Position numbers and translations under genes: made by a program. Under the pieces are notes generated by a model. It was not told the DNA's origin, did no database searches, and worked only from the letters and a program-made list of their open reading frames with translations. 64,000 nucleotides of DNA. Source: an uncultured Gemmatimonadales bacterium. GTDB lineage: Bacteria; Gemmatimonadota; Gemmatimonadetes; Longimicrobiales; Longimicrobiaceae. How positions within the stretch are numbered: position 1 is the stretch's first letter; each line of letters starts with the position of its first letter. Below are positions 45,884 to 54,060 of the stretch, piece after piece. The DNA lies in the NCBI GenBank assembly GCA_963716255.1, contig OY970303.1:384001-448000 (forward strand). The letters are read 5' to 3'.

Positions 45884-47773
45884 TTACAACGCGGCGACTC
45901 TGGGCCCCGCGGTGCCGGTCCAGCCGGGGATGGCGTCGAACACCCGCAGCGCCAGCGGCACCTTGCCGAAGGGGGCGCTCACCTGCACCCCGGCGATCCG
46001 CGGGAGCGCCTCGCCCAGCATCTCCCGGGCGATGGCGATCCCCTCGTCCACCGCGGCCTCCTTGCCCACCTCGCTGGCGTGGCGCATCCGCTCGATCACC
46101 CGCTCCGGGACGACGACGCCGGGGACCTCGTTGGCCAGGAACTCGGCGTTGCGGGCGCTGACCAGCGGCCAGATCCCCGCCACCACCGGGATGCGGATCC
46201 CCTCGCGGTCGATGCGCTCCAGGAAGCGGAAGAGCTGCGCCACGTCGAACACCGGCTGGGTGATGGCGTACTCCGCCCCCGCCTCCACCTTCCAGTAGAA
46301 GCGCTTCAGCTCGTGCTCCAGGTCCTCGGCGCCGGGGTTCACCCCCACGCCGATGGTGAACTGCGTGGGCGCCCCCAGGGCGTTGCCACCGGGGTCGAGC
46401 CCGCGGTTCAGGCGCGACACCAGGTTGGTGAGGCCGATGGCGTCGATGTCGAAGACCGCCGTCGCGTCCGGGTACGGCCCCATCTTGGGCGGGTCGCCGG
46501 TGATGAGGAGCAGGTTGCGGAGCCCCAGCGCCTGCGCGCCCAGCAGGTCCGAGAGCATCCCCAGCAGGTTGCGGTCGCGGCAGCAGTAGTGCACCACCGC
46601 CTCGATCCCCACCCGCTGCTGGATGAGCACCGCCGTGGCCAGGGCGCCCATGCGGCTCTGCGCGCGCGGCCCGTCCGGGACGTTGACGCCGTCCACGCCG
46701 GCCTCGCGCAGGAGGCGGACGCCCTCCAGCATGGCCTCCGGACTGGAGCCGCGCGGCGGGACGATCTCCACCGTGGTCACGAACTCGCCGCGCGCCAGCT
46801 TCCCGCCCCATGCCGAGCGTTCCGCGAGCGGAGTGGGCTCCAGCCCCGCGTCCGCGGCCTGCTCCGGCTGCGAGGCGCTCACCCGCACCGAGCGGCCGGG
46901 CGCCAGCATGCGCACCGCGCCCGACATGCGGGTGATGTGCTCCGGCGTGGTGCCGCAGCACCCGCCCACGAAGCGCACCCCCTTGCGGATGAGCCGCGCG
47001 GCGTAGGTGGCCATGTACTCGGGCGACGCCATGTAGATGGTGCGCCCGTCCACCTCGCGGGGGAGCCCGGCGTTGGGCTGCGTGGAGAGCGGGTGCGCGG
47101 TGGCGGCGTGCATGCTCTCCACCGCCTGCAGCATGGCGCTGGGGCCCACGCTGCAGTTGAGCCCCACCACGTCGGCGCCCCACTCGGCCAGGCGCTCGGC
47201 CAGCGTGGCGGCCTCGGTGCCGAAGGGGGTGCGGCCGTCCTCGCGGATCACCATCTGCGCGACGACGGGGAGGTCGCACAGGGCGCGCACGGCGAGCACC
47301 GCCTGGCGCACCTCGTCCAGGTCGGCGAAGGTTTCCAGGACGAACAGGTCCACCCCGCCTTCCAGCAGCGCCTCGGCCTGCTCGGCGAACAGGGCGCGCG
47401 CCTCGGCGGCGGAGGTGGGCCCGAACGGCTCGATCCGCAGCCCCAGCGGCCCCATGGCGCCGGCCACGCACACGCGCTCGCCGGCCGCGGCGCGCGCGAT
47501 CTGCGCGGCGCGCACGTTGATGTCGCGGAGCCGCTCCTCCAGCCCGTACTTGGCCAGCTTGAGCCGGTTGGCGCCGTAGGAGTTGGTCTCCAGGATCTCC
47601 GCCCCGGCCCGGACGTAGGCGCGGTGGACGTCGCCCACCAGGTCGGGCTGGACCAGGTTCAGCTCGTCGTAGGAGCGGTTGATGTAGACGCCCCGCGAGT
47701 ACAGCATGGTGCCCATCGCACCGTCGAACAGGTGCGGGCGTCCGTCGTCCAGGAGCTCTCTAAAGTCGGCCAT
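45884..47773 (-). CDS. Bifunctional homocysteine S-methyltransferase / methylenetetrahydrofolate reductase (YitJ-like)
   Basis: DGAMGT, GLNCS.GP, GGCCGTTP, then MTHFR domain CCRDRN, ITGDPP, ITQPVFD. Confidence 0.93.
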   Translation of the reverse strand: MADFRELLDDGRPHLFDGAMGTMLYSRGVYINRSYDELNLVQPDLVGDVHRAYVRAGAEILETNSYGANRLKLAKYGLEERLRDINVRAAQIARAAAGERVCVAGAMGPLGLRIEPFGPTSAAEARALFAEQAEALLEGGVDLFVLETFADLDEVRQAVLAVRALCDLPVVAQMVIREDGRTPFGTEAATLAERLAEWGADVVGLNCSVGPSAMLQAVESMHAATAHPLSTQPNAGLPREVDGRTIYMASPEYMATYAARLIRKGVRFVGGCCGTTPEHITRMSGAVRMLAPGRSVRVSASQPEQAADAGLEPTPLAERSAWGGKLARGEFVTTVEIVPPRGSSPEAMLEGVRLLREAGVDGVNVPDGPRAQSRMGALATAVLIQQRVGIEAVVHYCCRDRNLLGMLSDLLGAQALGLRNLLLITGDPPKMGPYPDATAVFDIDAIGLTNLVSRLNRGLDPGGNALGAPTQFTIGVGVNPGAEDLEHELKRFYWKVEAGAEYAITQPVFDVAQLFRFLERIDREGIRIPVVAGIWPLVSARNAEFLANEVPGVVVPERVIERMRHASEVGKEAAVDEGIAIAREMLGEALPRIAGVQVSAPFGKVPLALRVFDAIPGWTGTAGPRVAAL

Positions 47774-47788
47774 CCGGATCCTGCTTCG

Positions 47789-48280
47789 TTAATCGTTTCC
47801 CTCAGCCGAGGGGAGGTAGCCTTTCGGCACGACGATGGGCACCCGGGCGGTCACCGGCACGTACCACAGCACCCGCCCCCGCCCGTCGAGCCCCACCTCG
47901 GTGGCCCCGTCCGGGGGAACGCATCCCACGCGGCCGCCCTCCTCCAGCGGATACACCCAGCGCTGCGCCGTCTCGCGCTGCAGCCGCGCCGTCAGCTCCT
48001 CCACCGCGGGCGGGGGCGTCCCGGTGGGGACGCGCCGGGACAGGTGATCCAGCGTCCCGGTGGTGCAGGTGGCCCCCGGCGCCCCCAGGAGCGCGCGCAC
48101 GCCGGCCGAGTCCGCCATGAGCTGCAGGTCCGCGACCCGCCGCTCGCGCCGCCGCTCGGGGCTCAGCAGGATGTACGCGACCACCGCGAGCCCCGCCACG
48201 AGGATGAGCGCCGTGACCCGCCGCGCCCCCCGCTGCCGCGTCCTCAGCGCCTGGTCGACCCTTCGATCTCGCGTAGCGAT
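47789..48280 (-). CDS. Hypothetical single-TM protein (start uncertain, possibly ATC)
   Basis: Open frame with TM ALILVAGLAVVAYILL; strong SD GGGGAGG 5 nt before ATC at 48280. Confidence 0.6.
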   Translation of the reverse strand: MATRDRRVDQALRTRQRGARRVTALILVAGLAVVAYILLSPERRRERRVADLQLMADSAGVRALLGAPGATCTTGTLDHLSRRVPTGTPPPAVEELTARLQRETAQRWVYPLEEGGRVGCVPPDGATEVGLDGRGRVLWYVPVTARVPIVVPKGYLPSAEGND

Positions 48281-48382
48281 GGCTGCCTCCCCGCGGAGTG
48301 TTCGTCCCGCCCGCCCGGCACCCGCCGGGCGCGCGACATCATACCATGCTACGGCCGCACCATCTTCGCCAGAGGAACGGCG

Positions 48383-48545
48383 AGGGAACAGGGAACAGCC
48401 TGCAACGACAACGGCGACCCCCTCCCCCGGCCCCTCCTTGCAAGGGGGAGGGGAGAACGGCACGACCGCGCCGGGGGTCCGGCGCCGCTCTCCCCCTTTC
48501 CCCCGCTTGCGGGGGAGAGGGGGCCGGGGGGTTGGGGGGCCCACC
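48383..48545. repeat. Mosaic of GGGAACA repeat and boxC-like palindromes
   Basis: GGGAACAGGGAACAGCCTGCAAC; CCCCTCCTTGCAAGGGGG; TCCCCCGCTTGCGGGGGAGAGGGGGCCGGGGG. Confidence 0.8.
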
Positions 48546-48566
48546 CTCGCGGACGCCAGCGCAAAA

Positions 48567-48704
48567 CCCGCGTGAGGGATTCCGGCCCGAAGGGGCGAGA
48601 CCCGCGGGCAGTTTCGCGGGGCTCGACTCCGTTGCACACAGTTTTATCGTGTGCTACGGAGCCGAAGCCCGACCCCGGCGCCAGCCGGGGGCACGCCCGA
48701 ACCC
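48567..48704 (+). repeat. R1 copy 7
   Basis: Match to copy 1. Confidence 0.9.
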
Positions 48705-48728
48705 TCTGCCGTCCAGCCGTCCAAAAAC

Positions 48729-51700
48729 TCAGCTCGTGGAAAAATACTTCGCCGCCGGGTGATGAACGACCAGCGCCGCGGTCGACTGCTCCGGGTCCAG
48801 CTGGAACGCGCTGGTCAGCCCCACCCCGATCGTCTCCTGCACCGGCAGGATCCGGAACAGCGTCTCGTGCTGCTCCACGTCCGGGCACGCCGGGTACCCC
48901 CACGAGTAGCGCAGCCCGCGCGGCTCGGCGATCCCCAGCTCCTCGCGCACCCGGCGGTTGACCAGCTCCGCGGTGCCCTCGGCCGTCTGCACCGAGAACC
49001 CGTGCAGGAAGTACCCCTCGCTGTAGTCGCCGCCCTGGTTGCGCCCGGCGACGAACTCCGCGGCGCGGTCCCCGCTGGTCACCACCTGGAGCGGGAGGAC
49101 GTCCTCCGGGCCCCTGCCGTCCAGCGGGCGGAAGTAGTCGGCAAGGCACAGCTGCTCGCGGTCCTCCTGGCGCGGGAACGCGAAGCGCCCGATCTCGCGG
49201 GTGCGGTCCGCCGGGTCGAAGACCACCACCGCGTCGCCGTCGCGCCCCGCCGGGAAGTAGCCGTACACGGCGCGCGGGCGCAGCCACCCCTGCGTGCGGG
49301 CCTCGCGGGTGTAGCGGGCCAGGCGCGGCTCGAAGTCCTCGCGGACGATGCGGTCCCACTCCTCGCCCTTGAGGTTGCGGGCGCCCCACTGCATGCGGTA
49401 CAGCGTGTTGCGGTCGATGCACTCCACCACCGAGTCCACCGGGATGCGGTCCAGCACCTTCCACCCCCAGAAGGGCGGCGCGGGCGCTTCGACCACGGGG
49501 ACCGTGGGGTTCAGGCGCGAGGCGGGGCGCATTCCCGCGGCCTTTGCCTTGTTGGCCGCGTACTCCTCGCTGCGGCGCACCATCTCCTGGTTGTGCGCGC
49601 GGATGAAGTCGTCCGCGTCGCCCGCCGTGAGGCGGTCCATGGTGGACAGCCCCTCGAAGGCGTCCTTGCAGTAGAACATCCCCGACTCGTACGGGGTGCC
49701 CTCGGCCACCATGGCGGCGCCACGCACGAAGCTGGGGTTGATGGCCGCGCCGCCCACCAGCAGCGGGTACCGCATCCCGCGGCGGTGCAGCTCCTGCGCG
49801 CACAGCGGCATCTGCTTGGAGGTGGACACCAGCAGCGCGCTCAGCCCGATGGCGTCGGCGCCCACCTCCTCGGCCTTTTCCAGGATGGTGTTGACGGGAA
49901 CCTGCTTCCCCAGGTCGAACACCGTGTAGCCGTTGTTGGTGAGGATGGTGTTCACCAGCGACTTGCCGATGTCGTGCACGTCGCCGTACACGGTGGCGAG
50001 CACCACCTTGCCCTTGGTCTGCCCCTCGGCCTTTTCCAGGTAGTTTTCCAGCCGCGCCACCGCCTTCTTCATCACCTCGGCGCTCTGCAGCACGAAGGGG
50101 AGGATCAGCTCGCCGGCCCCGAACTTGTCGCCCACCTCCTTCATGGCCGGGAGCAGCACGTCGTTGAGCACCGGCACGGCGCCCTGCCGCTCCACCGCCC
50201 GGTCGATGAGCTCCTCGATCCCTTCCTTCTTGCGGTGCAGGATCTTCCAGTGGAGCGCGGCCTCGGGCTCCATCTCGGCCGTGGGGTCCACGGCCGAGTC
50301 GGTGTCGGCCGACTTGCCCTCGTAGAAGGCGATGAAGGCGGCGAGCGGGTCGTGGGCCTCGGTGCGGCGGTCCCAGATCAGGTCGTCGGCGAGGCGGCGC
50401 TCCTCCTCGGCGATCTCGAAGTACGGCTTGACGTGCGCCGGGTTGATGATGGCGGTGTCCAGCCCCGCCTCCACGCAGTGGTGGAGGAACACGGAGTTGA
50501 GCACGGCGCGCGCGTGCGGCGCCAGCCCGAAGCTGACGTTGGACACGCCCAGCGTGGTGAGCACGCCCGGCAGCTCGGCCTTGATGGCGCGGATCCCCTC
50601 GACGGTCTCCACGGCCGAGCGGCGGAACTCCTCGTCGCCGGTGGCCAGCGTGAAGGTGAGCGCGTCGAAGATCAGCGCGTCCGGCTGCAGCCCGTATTCC
50701 GTCGTCGCGATGTCGCGGATCTTGCGGGCGGCGGCGAGCTTGTCGCCCGCCGTCTTGCACATCCCGCCGAGGTCCTTGTCGATGGTCAGCGCGATCACCG
50801 CGGCCCCGTGCGCGGCCACCGCCGGGAGCACGGCGTCGATGCGCTCGCGCCCGTTCTCCAGGTTGATGGAGTTGACCACGGCGCGCCCCGGCGACTGCTT
50901 GAGCGCGGCGTCGATGGTCCCCGCCTCGGTGGAGTCGATGCAGAGCGGCGCCTCCACCCCCTGGGAAAGGAGCTTCACCACCGTGCGCATCTGCTCGTCC
51001 TCGTCCGGCCGCTCGGTGAGCGCGACGCACACGTCCAGCACGTGCGCGCCGCTCTCCGTCTGCTCGCGGGCCACCTCCAGCACGCCGTCGTAGTCGTCGG
51101 CCAGGAGGAAGCGCTTGACCTTGCGCGACCCCTGCGCGTTGACGCGCTCGCCGATCATGGTGGGCGCGGGCACCTGCACCAGGTCGGTGGCGCGGATCCC
51201 GGAGGAAAGGCGGGGGACGTACTCCACCTCGCGCCGCAGGGGCGCGGTGCCGCCCACTCGCGCCACCAGCTCGCGGATGTGGTCCGGCGTGGTGCCGCAG
51301 CACCCGCCCACCACGCCCACGCCCAGCTCCTTGACGAACTCCTCCAGCTGCGCGGCGAAGGGCTCCGGCGTCATGGGGTACACCGCGACGCCGCCCTCGT
51401 TGTGGGGGATGCCGGCGTTGGGGATGACGGAGATGGGGAGCCGGGTGTTCTCGGCCAGCCAGCGGATGGGCTGGCGCATGTGCTCGGGGCCGGTGGAGCA
51501 GTTGAGCCCCAGCACGTCCACCCGCAGCGCCTCCAGCGTCACCATCGCCGCGCCGATGTCGGTGCCCAGGAGCATGCGGCCGGAGGTGTCCAGCGTCACC
51601 TGCACCTGGAGCGCCACGGGCCTCCCCGCCTCCGCGATGGCCCGGCGGCACCCGAAGACCGCGGCCTTCACCTCCAGGATGTCCTGCGAGGTCTCGATCA

Positions 51701-52196
51701 GCAGCACGTCCACGCCGCCCTCCACCAGCGCCGCCGCCTGCTCGGCGAACACGGGGACCAGCTCGTCGAAGGTGATGTTGCCCAGCGTGGGGTCGCTCGC
51801 CGAGGGGAGGAACCCGGAGGGCCCGATGGAGCCGGCGACGAAGCGCGGCTTTTCCGGCGTGGCGAAGCGGTCGGCCACGCCGCGCGCCAGGCGGGCGGCG
51901 GCCACGTTGATCTCGCGCACCCGGTCGCCCAGTCCGTACTCGGCCAGGGTGATGCGGTTGGAGCGGAAGGTGTCCGTCTCCAGCACGTCGGCCCCCGCCT
52001 CCAGGTACGAGGCGTGGATCTCCTCGATGACGTCCGGCCTGGAGATCACCAGGTAGTCGTTGCACCCCTCCAGCCGCTCCCCGCCGAAGTCCGACGCGGA
52101 CAGGTCGTAGCGCTGGATGGAGGTCCCCATGGCGCCGTCGAAGACGACGACGCGCTGCCCGAGAGCCTGGAGGTACGGAGACTGGGTCGTGGACAT
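48729..52196 (-). CDS. metH: B12-dependent methionine synthase
   Basis: FDGAMGT, GGCCGTTPDH, IGERVN, GDVHDIGK (B12-binding), RYSWGYPACPD activation domain. Confidence 0.97.
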   Translation of the reverse strand: MSTTQSPYLQALGQRVVVFDGAMGTSIQRYDLSASDFGGERLEGCNDYLVISRPDVIEEIHASYLEAGADVLETDTFRSNRITLAEYGLGDRVREINVAAARLARGVADRFATPEKPRFVAGSIGPSGFLPSASDPTLGNITFDELVPVFAEQAAALVEGGVDVLLIETSQDILEVKAAVFGCRRAIAEAGRPVALQVQVTLDTSGRMLLGTDIGAAMVTLEALRVDVLGLNCSTGPEHMRQPIRWLAENTRLPISVIPNAGIPHNEGGVAVYPMTPEPFAAQLEEFVKELGVGVVGGCCGTTPDHIRELVARVGGTAPLRREVEYVPRLSSGIRATDLVQVPAPTMIGERVNAQGSRKVKRFLLADDYDGVLEVAREQTESGAHVLDVCVALTERPDEDEQMRTVVKLLSQGVEAPLCIDSTEAGTIDAALKQSPGRAVVNSINLENGRERIDAVLPAVAAHGAAVIALTIDKDLGGMCKTAGDKLAAARKIRDIATTEYGLQPDALIFDALTFTLATGDEEFRRSAVETVEGIRAIKAELPGVLTTLGVSNVSFGLAPHARAVLNSVFLHHCVEAGLDTAIINPAHVKPYFEIAEEERRLADDLIWDRRTEAHDPLAAFIAFYEGKSADTDSAVDPTAEMEPEAALHWKILHRKKEGIEELIDRAVERQGAVPVLNDVLLPAMKEVGDKFGAGELILPFVLQSAEVMKKAVARLENYLEKAEGQTKGKVVLATVYGDVHDIGKSLVNTILTNNGYTVFDLGKQVPVNTILEKAEEVGADAIGLSALLVSTSKQMPLCAQELHRRGMRYPLLVGGAAINPSFVRGAAMVAEGTPYESGMFYCKDAFEGLSTMDRLTAGDADDFIRAHNQEMVRRSEEYAANKAKAAGMRPASRLNPTVPVVEAPAPPFWGWKVLDRIPVDSVVECIDRNTLYRMQWGARNLKGEEWDRIVREDFEPRLARYTREARTQGWLRPRAVYGYFPAGRDGDAVVVFDPADRTREIGRFAFPRQEDREQLCLADYFRPLDGRGPEDVLPLQVVTSGDRAAEFVAGRNQGGDYSEGYFLHGFSVQTAEGTAELVNRRVREELGIAEPRGLRYSWGYPACPDVEQHETLFRILPVQETIGVGLTSAFQLDPEQSTAALVVHHPAAKYFSTS

Positions 52197-52206
52197 GTGC
52201 GCCTGG

Positions 52207-52244
52207 AAAACGAAAAAGGCCCCGCGACTGTAGGAGTGCGGGGC
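52207..52244 (-). terminator. Intrinsic terminator in the metH leader
   Basis: GCCCCGC-12 nt-GCGGGGC followed by CTTTTTCGTTTT, just before the metH start. Confidence 0.75.
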
Positions 52245-52286
52245 GTTGCTACCGGGTCACGATCCTGCCGGTAATCCGAATCCCGA

Positions 52287-52342
52287 CTCTTTAGCGTTTT
52301 TTTTAGGTGGTCGCAAGCGGTCGCGCTCAAATCCATCCACCG
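52287..52342 (-). ncRNA. SAM-II (SAM_alpha-like) riboswitch aptamer
   Basis: GGTGG-ATGGATTTGAGC-GCGACC-GCTTGCGA-CCACC-TAAAAAAAAC-GCTAAAGAG has the SAM-II GATTT..TTGC..A-rich..GCTAAA pattern and lies upstream of metH. Confidence 0.8.
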
Positions 52343-52363
52343 TCGCCTCGCGGCGACAGGACC

Positions 52364-52392
52364 AAGCTACACGGCGGGCGCGGGCCGCGCAA
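52364..52392 (-). promoter_or_regulatory. Putative metH leader promoter
   Basis: TTGCGC-17 nt-TAGCTT, followed by a GNRA hairpin GTCGCC-GCGA-GGCGAC. Confidence 0.5.
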
Positions 52393-52574
52393 GGGAGCCG
52401 TTCATCCTTTTACCCGGATGCACGGCTGAACAACGTCGGGCGGCGGCGCCGCGGCCGGAGATGCTTGCCATGCCGGGGCGCGCCGTCGAATATGATGCAG
52501 GCTGCGGCCGCCGGGCCGGCCGGGCGCCTTTCCGGACCGGTCCACCCGCACTCCCACCTGGCAAGGAGCCCCGA

Positions 52575-53942
52575 TTGGCTGACAGCGGCCACTACAAGGA
52601 CGCGATCCTGGACGCCCTCGCGACGAGGGCCAACGTCGCCCAGTTCGTCAGCTTCGATCCGGGGCTGCGGCAGCGTCACGCCTGGATTCGCGGCCACGAG
52701 CCGAACACCTCGCTGGGCACGGCGGAAGGGGCGGTCGGCGCGATGCTCGCCTCGGCGCCCGAGGGTTCGGTGAACATCCGCAGCTTCGAGCCCCACGACC
52801 CCAAGAGCCGCGAGTTCATCTACGGCCGCAGGAGCGCGGACGAGGTGCTCGCGGACCTGCGGCGGCTGGCGGCGGAGGGACTCTACACCATCGTCAACGA
52901 AACCGTGAACGTGGACGACGGCGGCGTCTCGGGGGTCTCCTTCGGCAACGTGGTGGAGTTCGCCCCCGCGGATACACCGCGGGCGGTTGAAAAGCCGGGG
53001 ACGGCGGCGCTCACCCGCGACCTGGCGGGCCGTGTGTTCCGCACCGTGTACGGCTTCGCGCCAGCCCTCCCGGAACGTCCGGAGCTCCGCGTGGAGTTCA
53101 GCATCCACCCGCTGCGCCGCGGCTACCGGCACGACCACACCATCGTCTGGGAGATGGAGGAGCTCGCGGAGCCTCCCACGGAGGCGCACGTCGGATGGCC
53201 CAACCTCTTCAGCCGGATGCTGGGCGACAAGGCGTACGGCCTGCTCGTCGCCGACGCGCTGGGACTGCGGGTGCCGAACACGCAGGCCTTTCCCCGCCGC
53301 CTGGCGCCGTTCGCGTTCGGGAGCGACACGGGGCTGGCCGAGGCCTGGATCCGCACCTGCCCCACGGTGCAGCAGCCGGGCCGCTTCACCACCCGCCGCG
53401 GGTGGCTGGACCCCTACCGGCTGATGCAGGAGGAGGACCCGGAGGGAACGGCGATCGCATCCATCCTCGCCCAGCAGGGGGTGGACGCGAACCACTCCGG
53501 GGCGCTCATCTCGCAACCGGACGGCGAGCCGCTGGTGGAGGGGGTCTCCGGCTTCGGGGACCCGTTCATGGTGGGCGAGGCCCCGCCGGAGGAGCTGCCC
53601 GCACGGGTGGTGGCGGACGTGCTGGGGGTGTACCGGCGCGCGTCGGCCATGCTGGGGCCGGTGCGCTTCGAGTGGGTGCACGACGGCCGGGAGGTGTGGG
53701 TGGTTCAGCTGCACCGCGGGGCCAGCGCCACCCACGGCCGGGTCATCTTCCCGGGCGGGGCGGAGCGCTTCCACCGCTTCGACGTCGCCGGGGGGATCGG
53801 CGCGCTTCGCGAGCTGATCGCGAGGCTCGACGGGAGCGGCGAGGGAGTGGTGCTGGTGGGCCGGGTGGGCGTCACCAGCCACTTCGGCGACCTGCTTCGC
53901 CGCGCGCGCGTCCCGTCGCGCATCGAGGCGCCGGAGGACTGA
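52575..53942 (+). CDS. Hypothetical protein, PPDK/PEP-synthase-like ATP-grasp with phospho-His-like motif
   Basis: SD AAGGAG plus TTG start. VNIRSF, RVEFS..IVWE, ILAQQGV, RFEWVHDGREVWVVQLH, C-terminal GVTSHFGDLLR..VP. Confidence 0.7.
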   Translation: MADSGHYKDAILDALATRANVAQFVSFDPGLRQRHAWIRGHEPNTSLGTAEGAVGAMLASAPEGSVNIRSFEPHDPKSREFIYGRRSADEVLADLRRLAAEGLYTIVNETVNVDDGGVSGVSFGNVVEFAPADTPRAVEKPGTAALTRDLAGRVFRTVYGFAPALPERPELRVEFSIHPLRRGYRHDHTIVWEMEELAEPPTEAHVGWPNLFSRMLGDKAYGLLVADALGLRVPNTQAFPRRLAPFAFGSDTGLAEAWIRTCPTVQQPGRFTTRRGWLDPYRLMQEEDPEGTAIASILAQQGVDANHSGALISQPDGEPLVEGVSGFGDPFMVGEAPPEELPARVVADVLGVYRRASAMLGPVRFEWVHDGREVWVVQLHRGASATHGRVIFPGGAERFHRFDVAGGIGALRELIARLDGSGEGVVLVGRVGVTSHFGDLLRRARVPSRIEAPED

Positions 53943-54060
53943 TCTCTCCCCCGGTCGGCTCTCCCTTCAGGAAAAACCCGGCTCCCGTCCATCAAATCAC
54001 CTGGATCCCGCGACCCGGCGGGGTCACCAGCCGTCCTCATCCTCCGGCATCCACACCGCC

